Source: Macrostomum lignano
Lineage: Eukaryota
Length of the DNA: 64,000 nucleotides
NCBI GenBank assembly: GCA_002269645.1
Contig: NIVC01003838.1
Location: forward strand, 10,444 to 74,443
Reading direction: 5' to 3'
In this document: positions 13,401-24,300 of the stretch, one piece after another
Position numbering within the stretch: position 1 is the first letter of the stretch
Layout: every line of letters starts with the position of its first letter
The notes under the pieces: model-generated
The model's input: only the letters and a program-made list of their open reading frames with translations
Database searches by the model: none
Told to the model about the DNA's origin: nothing
Program-made: the position numbers and the translations under genes

Positions 13401-16400
13401 CATGTGAGATAGATTAGCAATCCATGTGAGATAGATTAGCAGTCCATGTGAGATAGATTAGCAGTCCATGTGAGATAGATTAGCAATCCATGTGAGATAG
13501 ATTAGCAATCCATGTGAGATAGATTAGCAATCCCATGTGAGATAGATTAGCAATCCATGTGAGATAGATTAGCAATCCCATGTGAGATAGATTAGCAATC
13601 CATGTGAGATAGATTAGCAGTCCATGTGAGATAGATTAGCAATCCCGTGTAAAATAGATTAGCAATCCATGTGAGATAGATTAGCAGTCCATGTGAGATA
13701 GATTAGCAGTCCATGTGAGATAGATTAGCAATCCATGTGAGATAGATTAGCAATCCATGTGAGATAGATTAGCAATCCCATGTGAGATAGATTAGCAATC
13801 CATGTGAGATAGATTAGCAATCCCATGTGAGATAGATTAGCAATCCATGTGAAATAGATTAGCAGTCCATGTGAGATAGATTAGCAATCCCGTGTAAAAT
13901 AGATTAGCAATCCATGTGAGATAGATTAGCAATCCCGTGTGAAATAGATTAGCAATCCATGTGAAATAGATTAGCTATTCACTCTGTTCCCACGTTCACC
14001 TCTTTCAGTCTGGCGATATCCTTGTAGCCCAGGAACTCCAGCAGATCAACGGTTTGATCTCCTTTGATGAGCATCAGCTTGAGTCGCTGCTCAGACAGAA
14101 CGCCAGCTTCCTCGCTCTGTTCGAATATGGTTGCCATGTGACTGATGAGCTGATCCTCCACGGATTTGTGTAGTTCTGGCTCGAGATCTAGTTGCCTGCG
14201 ATTTGAAGCCGGGGTAGACGGGGAGTTAAGTTAAGTAAACATAGACACTGACTTGGTGGAAATGAGAATTGAGTAGAGTGGTGAGTAGAGTGGTGAGTAG
14301 AGTGGTTAGTAGAGTGGTGAGTAGAGTGGTGAGTAGAGTGGTAAGTAGATTGGTGAGTAGATTGGTGAGTAGAATAGTAAGTAGATTGCTGAGTAGATTG
14401 GTGAGTAGAGTGGTGAGTAGAGTGGTGAGTAGAGTGGTGAGTAGAGTGGTGAGTAGAGTGGTGAGTAGAGTGTTGAGCAGAGTGGTGAGTAGAGTGGTGA
14501 GTAGAGTGGTGAGTAGAGTGGTAAGTACAGTGGTGAGTACAGTGGTGAGTAGAGTGGTGAGTAGAGTGGTAAGTAGAGTGGTGAGTAGAGTGGTGAGTAG
14601 AGAGGTGAGTAGAGTGGTGAGTAGAGTGGTGAGTAGAGAGGTGAGTAGAGTGGTAAGTAGAGTGGTGAGTGGAGAGGTGAGTAGAGTGTTGAGTAGAGTG
14701 GTGAGTAGAGAGGTGAGTAGAGTGGTAAGTAGAGTGTTGAGTAGAGTGGTGAGTAGAGTGGTGAGTAGAGAGGTGAGTAGAGTGTTGAGTAGAGTGGTGA
14801 GTAGAGAGGTGAGTAGAGTGTTGAGTAGAGTGGTTAGTAGAGTGGTGAGTAGAGTGGTGAGTAGAGTGGTGAGTAGAGTGGTGAGTAGAGTGGTGAGTAG
14901 ATTATTGAGTAGAGTGGTGAGTAGAGTGGTGAGTAGAGTGGTGAGTAGAGTGGTGAGTAGAGTGGTGAGTAGAGTGGTGAGTAGAGTGGTGAGTAGATTG
15001 GTGAGTAGAATAGTAAGTAGATTGGTGAGTAGATTGGTGAGTAGAGTGGTGAGTAGAGTGGTGAGTAGAGTGGTGAGTAGAGTGGTGAGTAGATTATTGA
15101 GTAGAGTGGTGAGTAGAGTGGTGAGTAGAGTGGTGAGTAGAGTGGTGAGTAGAGTGGTGAGTAGAGTGGTGAGTAGAGTGGTGAGTAGAGTGGTGAGTAG
15201 AGTGGTGAGTAGAGTGGTGAGCAGAGTGGTGAGTAGAGTGGTGAGTAGAGTGGTGAGAACAATCACTCACCTCTTAATATCCCGCACTCTGTCGCACATG
15301 GCCAGGTGATCCCAGCCGCTAACTGTAAACTTCATCAACGTGAGCAGGCCCCTAGTAACTGGTTCCTTCTCCGCTGGCGGAACCTCAGTCAAGGTAAACC
15401 AGGGCTCGGCCAGGATCTGCTCCATCAAAGAGTTGGCAGTCGTCGACACCGCATTAGCAGCGGGTTGTGTTCCGCCATCGCCGAACTGAACACGGCGAGT
15501 CCTTTCAGCTGACGACCTTCCGCCTGGCTGCGGCTCGGTCTGTCGTGCCAGCGGCTGCACCTCAGGCAGCGGCGGCGGCTGCTGCTGCTGCTGCTGCTGC
15601 ATCTGTCGATCGGCTGCCGATCCGGCAGATGTCGGCGTCTTGAGTATCGACTGCGGCGGTGGCGGCTGTTGCGGATGCGGCTGCTGAGGCTCAGGTGGCT
15701 GAGCCGCCTGATTGGCTGGCTCTTCTTTTGGCTGAGAGTTGCAGAAGAGTTTTTATAGATGTAGATGGGATAAACGTCTAATTAGATGACGTGAAAGAGC
15801 ACTAGATTACTTAAAAGCACACTAGATAAGCTAAAAGTACACTAGATAAGATAAAAAGTGCACTAGATGAGATAAAAGTACACTAGATGAGATAAAGTAC
15901 ACTCGATAAGATAAAGGTACACTAGATACGATAAAAGTGCACTAGATAAGATAAAAGTCCACTAGATAAGATAAAAGTACACTAGATAAGATAAAAGTAC
16001 ACTAGATAAGATAAAAGTACACTAGATAAGATAAAAGTACACTAGATAAGATAAAAGTCCGCTAAATGAGATAAAAGTACACTAGATAAGATAAAAGTCC
16101 GCTAAATGAGATAAAAGTACACTAGATAAGATAAAAGTCCGCTAAATGAGATAAAGTATACTAGATGACAAAGTCAGATAAAGTTAATATGGTAAGTGGG
16201 GATAAAATCCTAAGAAATCCCTAAAAACCGAACACTCACCTCCGACACCTGAGTCTGTCCCGACTTGCCCTTCCCAGCTCCGGGCACCGTCAGTTTCTTT
16301 GTCTTCTTCACGATCGGCTTCCTGGCCTTCTTTTTCGCCACTTTCTGTTGCTCCTGCGGTGGCTGCTCCTCCTTTGGCGTCTCCGTCGATGGCAGCTCCG

Positions 16401-19231
16401 TCGTCACCGGCGTCGCTTCGCGCGTAGTCGCAGCCGGGGTCGCCGACTTGACGACCGGATCCTCTGTGTCGGGACTGACGGCGGCGGTGGTGACCTCCTC
16501 CGGCGGCGCCTGTACCGGCGCGCTAATAGGCGGCAGGGTGCGCAAGTTGATCTGCCGCTGCTGTCGCGGCTCCTTCGGCGGCGTCGGCGCCTCCTCCGCT
16601 CGGCTGGGCGCCTGCGACTGCTGCTGCGAGGCCCGGCTGCCGGCCGCTGCCGCCGCCTCGGCCGCCGCCTTCTGCTGCATCTCCTCGAGCATCTGGCGCC
16701 GCTTCTCCAGGGCAGTTTCGAGGTCGGCGAGGCTCGCGCCGTTCAGCCAGTCGCGCTCGGCCTCGGCCAGCTGCTGCTGACGGGCGCGCTCGGCCGTGTC
16801 GGCGCTGTTCAGCGAGCGGCGCCGGCGAGGTGCGTCCTGGGTAGGGGATTGGGGATGTGAAGATGTGTGGATTCCAGGAATAGGTGAATGATTCTTCAAG
16901 TGGGCCAAGGATCCTTCAAGTGGGTCAAGGATTTCTCAAGCAGGTCAAGGATTTCTCAAGTGGGTCAAGGATACTTTAAGTGGGTCAAGGATCCTTTGAT
17001 TGGGTCAAGGATCCTTCGAGTGGGTCAAGGATTCGTCAAGTGGGTCAATGATTCTTCAAGTAGATCAAGGATTCTTGAAATGGGTCAAGGATTCTTGGAA
17101 TGGGTCAAGGATTCTTGGAATGGGTCAAGGATTCTTGGAATGGGTCAAGGAATCTTGGAATGGGTCAGCGTTAAAGATGATATTATTAAGAATTATTCTA
17201 AACCATTTTGAATTCAAGTTTTATACTTTTGACATATATAAAATGCATGAAAGATAATAAGAAAAAAATATTCGAAAAAGAAATATTAAACCGTATCAAA
17301 CTCACGCCGAATTGCGTCATCAGATCGCCTGCCTTGGGTTCGTACAAATCTCGGATTACGGAGTTGGGAATTTCACCTGGTTTTATGAAATGGATTGGCT
17401 GTTTGAATTGGTTCCTCTGTATAGTGAACAAAATAGATATTGGTTGATAGAGAGGGAGATAGAGAGGGAGATAGAGAGGGAGATAGAGAGGGAGATAGAG
17501 AGGGAGATAGAGAGGGAGATAGAGAGGGAGATAGAGAGGGAGATAGAGAGGGAGATAGAGAGGGAGATAGAGAGGGAGATAGAGAGGGAGATAGAGAGGG
17601 AGATAGAGAGGGAGATAGAGAGGGAGATAGAGAGGGAGATAGAGAGGGAGATAGAGAGGGAGATAGAGAGGGAGATAGAGAGGGAGATAGAGAGGGAGAT
17701 AGAGAGGGAGATAGAAATCTATAGAGATCGATAGAGAGGGAGACAGAGATCGATAGAGAGGGAGATAGAGATCGATAGAGAGGGAGATAGAGAGGGAGAT
17801 AGAGATCGATAGAGAGGGAGATAGAGAGGGAGATAGAGATCGATGGAGAGGGAGATAGAGAGGGAGATAGAGATCGATGGAGAGGGAGATAGAGATCGAT
17901 GAAGAGGGACACAGAGATCGGTAGAGAGGGAGACAGAGATCGATAGAGAGGGAGACAGAGATCGATAGAGTAGGAGATAGAGATCTATAGAGATCGATAG
18001 AGGGGGAGATAGAGATTGATAGAGAGGGAGATAGAGAGGGAGATAGATATCGGTAGAGAGAGAGAGATAAATATCGGTAGAGAGAGAGACAGAGATCGAT
18101 AGAGAGAGAGAGATAGATATCGGTAGAGAGAGAGAGATAGATATCGGTAGAGAGAGAGAGAGATAGATATCGGTAGAGAGAGAGAGATAGATATCGGTAG
18201 AGAGAGAGATAGATATCGGTAGAGAGAGAGAGATAGATATCGGTAGAGAGAGAGATAGATAGATATCGGTAGAGAGAGAGAGATAGATATCGGTAGAGAG
18301 AGAGAGAGATAGATATCGGTAGAGAGAGAGAGATAGATATCGGTAGAGAGAGAGATAGATATCGGTAGAGAGAGAGAGATAGATATCGGTAGAGAGAGAG
18401 ATATAGATATCGGTAGAGAGAGAGATAGATATCGGTAGAGAGAGAGAGATAGATATCGGTAGAGAGAGAGAGAGATAGATATCGGTAGAGAGAGAGAGAT
18501 AGATATCGGTAGAGAGAGAGAGAGATAGATATCGGTAGAGAGAGAGATAGATATCGGTAGAGAGAGAGAGATAGATATCGGTAGAGAGAGAGATAGATAT
18601 CGGTAGAGAGAGAGAGATAGATATCGGTAGAGAGAGAGAGATAGATATCGGTAGAGAGGGAGACAGAGATCGGTAGAGAGAGAGATAGATATCGGTAGAG
18701 AGAGAGAGATAGATATCGGTAGAGAGAGAGAGATAGATATCGGTAGAGAGAGAGAGATAGATATCGGTAGAGAGAGAGATAGATATCGGTAGAGAGAGAG
18801 ATAGATATCGGTAGAGAGAGAGAGATAGATATCGGTAGAGAGAGGATAGATATCGGTAGAGAGAGAGAGATAGATATCGGTAGAGAGAGAGAGATAGATA
18901 TCGGTAGAGAGGGAGACAGAGATCGGTAGAGAGGGAGATAGATATCGGTAGAGAGAGACAGAGACCTGCAGAGAAGTGACACAAATCTGCAGTGATCCTC
19001 AAGCAGCTCACAGTCAGGCGCCACCGGGAAGCGACTCCATGGCGCCGCCCGCGGCCGTCCCGCCCGCAGGTCCCAGGCCAGGTCCAGCTGGCAGGCTCGC
19101 GCCAGTTCGACTTTCCGGCCGGGCGGGTAGCCCAGGGTGGCCGCGGCTGGCCAGACCGGAACTACAGGTGCCGGAGAGACCGAAGGCGAGGGGGAAGCCG
19201 CGGCAGAGCTCTTCTGAGTTGCGGAAGCCAT
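7438..19231 (-). CDS. Uncharacterised ~1154-aa Ala/Gln/Pro/Ser-rich protein; exons 19231-18966, 17414-17306, 16836-16240, 15731-15271, 14195-13983, 13131-12683, 10738-10362, 10193-10075, 9606-9425, 8865-8242, 7505-7438
   Basis: GC-rich open exons bounded by AG/GT with matching phases; total 3465 nt, divisible by 3. The 9425 donor (GTCGGT) is weak, so the gene could instead stop at 9396. Two junctions have alternative 2-nt-shifted solutions. No domain recognised. Confidence 0.6.
7793..8248. repeat. 34-bp minisatellite (~13 copies) containing a splice-donor copy
   Basis: Unit ggacacaatccccaccggacagcccgcactcacc. Confidence 0.95.
8893..9050. repeat. Degenerate GACAG/GATAG simple repeat
   Basis: Direct inspection. 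Confidence 0.75.
9646..10057. repeat. ~29-bp intronic minisatellite ccagacccaccaccccattttctgcact
   Basis: Direct inspection. Confidence 0.88.
10760..11935. repeat. 20/21-bp minisatellite ctagtgtgtgatctataga(a)t
   Basis: Highly homogeneous array of more than 50 copies. Confidence 0.97.
12035..12665. repeat. 22-bp minisatellite tctacagaa(t/c)ctgtcaccccaa
   Basis: Direct inspection. Confidence 0.95.
13168..13976. repeat. 22/23-bp minisatellite gagatagattagcaatcc(c)atgt
   Basis: Fills almost the whole intron. Confidence 0.95.
14270..15257. repeat. 12-bp minisatellite gtgagtagagtg
   Basis: Generates the (TTLL)n and (SRVV)n pseudo-ORFs. Confidence 0.97.
15800..16170. repeat. 20-bp minisatellite actagataagataaaagtac
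   Basis: Direct inspection. Confidence 0.92.
16885..17166. repeat. 20-bp minisatellite tgggtcaaggattcttggaa
   Basis: Direct inspection. Confidence 0.9.
17446..18962. repeat. Purine-rich compound array: 12-bp gagagggagata grading into gatatcggta(ga)n units
   Basis: Direct inspection. Confidence 0.95.
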
Positions 19232-19632
19232 GTCGTCAATCTCCGGCTCCTTTGTCGCTCAAACTGATTGAGTCCTCTCTCTGTTGTTCAAGCTTTTATT
19301 TGGCGAAAAAAGACGAAGAACTGCACGAATTGTGGATTTCTGCTTCTGTTCTCTGCCGGAGGAGGAGGGGTGGCTGATGCTTTCTGTCCATATCCCCCCT
19401 CTCTCTCCCCTACCCGTAGCCCATTGTTTCTCACCTGAAGCAGAAGACTGGGCCTTGTCTCCCCCCACGCTGTAACCAAGGAGAGCAGGCGGTTCTGTTT
19501 CAAGGGACAGAAAGTGACGGGAGGGCGCAATCCAATCTTGATCTGCCTCCCCCACTGCTCCAGTGTACGCCTGTGCTCAAACAGTTGAGGTCTGTCCCCT
19601 TCCTCTCCCCCTGTCTCTCTCTTTTTTTTCGC

Positions 19633-19651
19633 GTTGCCATGGTTTCCATGG
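19633..19651. promoter_or_regulatory. Two overlapping partial RFX X-box-like motifs (GTTGCCATGG / GTTTCCATGG)
   Basis: Left halves match GTTNCC-AT-GGNAAC and right halves are imperfect; about 400 bp upstream of the ATG at 19231. Confidence 0.35.
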
Positions 19652-20184
19652 CTTATGCTAAAGCTCTCTTCTCTAGACCATTCTCATCTGTTTCTATAAC
19701 CAACCTATCTGGCCAATTTTGATACAAGCTTTTTGTGTCAACAGCTCTCGCATTGAGTCTACACTTGAGTCTGTCTCTTGCAGTGTGAGCTGTTTATATT
19801 CTGCATGAAAACATGGATATATATATTCTGTTTATATATATCCATGTTTTCATTTCTTAGCTCGCAAAAGAAGGTGAAAGTTCTTTACTGGGGCTGCAAA
19901 ATCGTATGTATGAGTCCCGACTGGAGTCTCTGTGTGGGCCAGTAATTGCACAGACTATAAATAAGAAAGTGAATATTTTACCTGTCAGCTGGGTACCCCC
20001 CCCCGAGGAGATAATTGGGGTGGCGCTGATTTACGAGCTCAAAAATATTTTTTTGTTTTTATTACTCTTCTATTTCGTGGAAAGAGCTCTGTTGGCTTCA
20101 GTGGTGATTGTGTATCAAAAAAATAATTTAGATTTCTAGAGACCCGAAATGCATTCAAAGAGAAGAGACCGAGTGTCTGACTGA

Positions 20185-20585
20185 GGTGTCCGAAAAAATT
20201 GATAGGTGTCCGATAGATTAAAGAGGTGTCCGAACGATAAAAAAAGATATTTGAAAAATTCAAAAGGTGTCCGAAAGATTAGGGAAGTGTCCGAAAGATT
20301 AGGGAGGTGTCCGAAAGATTAGGGAGGTGTCCGAAAGATTAGGGAGGTGTCCGAAAGAGTAAGGAGGTGTCCGAAAGATTAGGGAGGTGTCCGAAAGAGT
20401 AAGGAGGTGTCTGAAAGATTAGGGAGGTGTCCGATAGATTCGGGAGGTGTTCGAAAGATTACAGAGGTGTCCGAAAGAGCACTGGGGTATCCGAAAGATC
20501 ACAGGCGTGTCCGAAAGATCACTGGGGTGTCCGAAAGATCACTGGGGTGTCCGAAAGATCAATGCGGTGTCCGAAAGATCACTAG
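20185..20585. repeat. 20-bp minisatellite gtgtccgaaagattagggag
   Basis: Direct inspection. Confidence 0.9.
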
Positions 20586-20919
20586 GAGCGATTAATGAAC
20601 TTTAAGGAGAATAAAACTCAATGACTCAAAACTGTGTTTCGAGAAAATTAAAGATTTTTTGTGCTGCAATCAGCAATTTGATTTAAATATATTTGGTTTC
20701 AGGTTAATCAACGAAAGTCAGCTGACAGCAATTAATTTCTATCCATACTGGCATTCTACTGGAAACAGGAAAAATTTAATATTTGATCGCATTTATTAAT
20801 ATTTGCACCGCCAAGCCAAATAGCTGATTAAGTATTGTGATTCGAAAAAACGTAACAATAGTTTCGAGCTCTTAAAAAATGTGAAAAAAGTCTGATTGTC
20901 CGAACGCGCGCCGAGGGGA

Positions 20920-21144
20920 TCAGCACTGATTGTCCAGGTAGTAAATGGTGACGGAGCCGTCAATGCTGGCCTCATTGCCACCGGTGACGCTTGAGCACGA
21001 GTTGCTCAGAGACATGGTGGCGTTGCAGAACGAGCCGCCTCCGCCCCCGGCCTGCAGCGAAGAATTTTAATGCCATTGTCAATAACTCTACTGTTAGTAG
21101 TGTGCTAATCTGTGCCTTCAATATTAATACGACTGAAACTACAA

Positions 21145-21223
<79 letters not shown>

Positions 21224-21286
21224 ATGATAATAATACTACTACTAGTACTACTACTACTACTACTACTAATGATAATAATACTACTA

Positions 21287-21358
<72 letters not shown>

Positions 21359-24300
21359 TTACTACCACTACTACTACTGCTACTAACATTAATAATAATA
21401 CTACTACTAGTACTACTACTAATACTACTACTACTACTCACCTGCTTGTCGTGGGTGCCGGCGCCGCCGCCGCTGTAGCCGCCGCCGCCGCCGCTGGCGC
21501 CGTTGTCTTCGCTGCCGCCGCCGCCACCGCCAAAGCCACCAACGGCGCCAGGATTCATTCCGCCGGGTTCGCCGCCGACGAACGGCTCCCTGGTGCCGGA
21601 CAGTGGACCGCCGTGTCCGGCGCCGCCGTGCTCGGGTCCGGCGCGCCTGGCGCCACCGCTGAGCCAGCCGGCGCCGCAGCCGCCGTGGTAGCTGGCGGCC
21701 TCCGTGTTGGTCCAGCCGGCGCTACCGTTGAAGCCGCCCCGGCCAGTCTGGCCGAGATTCGGTCCGGACGAGTCGGTGCCGTTCGTGCCGGCCTGTCCGG
21801 GGACGCCGGTAAGGGTGTAGCTGGCGCCGCCGCCGCCGCCAGCGGCCAGGTAGAGGACCAGCGAGCGCGGGTTGTAGACAAAACTGCCGCCGCCACCGCC
21901 CGTGCCAGCATTGTCTTCGATCTGGATTTTCAAGGGTACAGTCCAAGGTCACATCTCTGGAATTCTCTATGGTCTTTTCCTAGGGATTTTCCAAAATCGT
22001 GTTTCAGGATAGGGAGTTTCCATTGTCGCGTCCCAGGAATTCTCCATGGTCTTTTCCTAGGGATTTTTCAAGGTCGTATTTCAGGGACTTTCCATTGTCG
22101 TGTCCCAGGGATTTGCCAAGGTCGTATTCCAGGAATTTTCCATTGTCGTGACCCAGGGATTTACCAAGTTCACATTTCAGGAATTTTCCATTGTCGTGTC
22201 CTAGGGATTTGCCAAGGTCGTATTCCAGGAATTTTCCATTGTCGTGTCCTAGGGATTTGCCAAGGTCGTATTCCAGGAATTTTCCATTGTCGTGTCCCAG
22301 GAATTTTCTACGGTCTCTTCCTGGGGAGTTTCCTAGGGATGCTAGCAATAGGCGTTGTTAGTTTGGTTTTAGGAGTTACAATCCTTCGTGTTTGTGATGT
22401 TTCGGGTTTATGATGGGAAGTGATTTTGGAGTTGTCACTTCTAGGGTTTGTGATGAAACCCCCCCCCCGCCCTCACGTGAGGAAAGAGGCGAGAGCCAAT
22501 CAGATGGCAGCGAGGGGAGAGAAGAATAACAAGACTGAACAAGACAGAGAGGGAGAGAGATAAGAATAACAGGACTGAACCAGACAGAGCGGGAGAGAGA
22601 TAAGAATAACAGGACTGAACCAGACAGAGCGGGAGAGAGATAAGAATAACAGGACTGAACCAGACAGAGAGGGAGAGAGATAAGAATAACAGGACTGAAC
22701 CAGACAGAGCGGGAGAGAGATAAGAATAACAGGACTGAACCAGACAGAGAGGGAGAGAGATAAGAATAACAGGACTGAACCAGACAGAGAGGGAGAGAGA
22801 TAAGAATAACAAGACTGAACCAGACAGAGCGGGAGAGAGATAAGAATAACAGGACTGAACCAGACAGAGAGGGAGAGAGATAAGAATAACAGGACTGAAC
22901 CAGACAGAGCGGGAGAGAGATAAGAATAACAGGACTGAACCAGACAGAGAGGGAGAGAGATAAGAATAACAAGACTGAACCAGACAGAGAGGGAGAGAGA
23001 TGAGAATAACAGGACTGAACCAGACAGAGAGGGAGAGAGAACAGAGTAAACAGAGGCCAATAGCAGATGAACTGAAGAAAGTCGCTGAAAAAAGTACTTT
23101 TCAAATCCAAAAGTAAAGAAAATCTAGAAAGAAAGCATTACCGACGGCCGACGAGAAGGCGAAACTTCGCTAGAATTGCCTCCATGTTGGCCGACAACAA
23201 TTGCCAGCATCTGGCCGCGCTCCAGACGAAATTTGCCTCGCGCCGAGGCGCCCCGTCCACCGAGCCAGGTGCCGCCGCCCGAGTTTCCGTAGCTGGTCGA
23301 GTGGTTGCCACCCGCCGCGCCTGCGGCCGAGACTTCAAAGCAGCCAGTTTTTGGCACAAAATATCTGATGATGCTCCCTGTGGCGCCCTGGCCTGTGGCG
23401 TCGAATCGAACATCTGAAAAATGTCGGCGCTTTCCTATCATACTACTGTCCCGCCATAGGTCTTCAGTAGCATTATCAGCGCTTTTTAATATCTCACTCA
23501 CATCTTGGCGCAGTGCAGAAATAATCCACCTCAATGCGCATCATGCCGCCGCTGAAAGAGAAACACTCGTCCGGGATGATGTCCTGGGATCGAATCGCCG
23601 TCTGGAGGAACGGGTCCATCAGCCAGGTCGTGTCCAGCTGGCAGCCTTCGTCTGTCTTCTTGCAACTGCGGTTGTTTCCGGTTGAGGTGTCGGGAACTGC
23701 GTCCTTGACCCATCTGATCACTGACCCCTATCAGATCCCTGACCCATCTGATCACTGACCCCTATCAGATCCCTGACCCATCTGATCACTGACCCATATC
23801 AGATCCCTGACCCATCTGATCACTGACCCATATCAGATCCCTGACCCATCTGATCACTGACCCATCTGAACACTGACCCATCTGATCACTGATCCCTATC
23901 AGATCCCTGACCCATCTGATCACTGACCCCTATCAGATCCCTGACCCATCTGATCACTGATCCCTATCAGATCCCTGACCCATCTGATCACTGACCCTGT
24001 CAGATCCCTGACCCATCTGATCACTGACCCTGTCAGATCCTTGACCTATCTGATCACTGATCCTTGAACCATCTGATCACTGACCCCTATCAGATACTTG
24101 AATCCTTCGACCCCCCGATCCTTGACCCCCTCTGACCCCTCCGACCCCAGCGACTCACTTGCGCCGAACCCTAGCAAGCGCGGTATGCGAGGTGCAGTTG
24201 TAGATGCTGCATTCGGCATCCTCCGCCACCATCGCGGCCACAGCCGAGCTGCTGCGTCCCCGAGTCAGGTTCTCAAGCTTAACCGAGCACTTCAGCTTTG

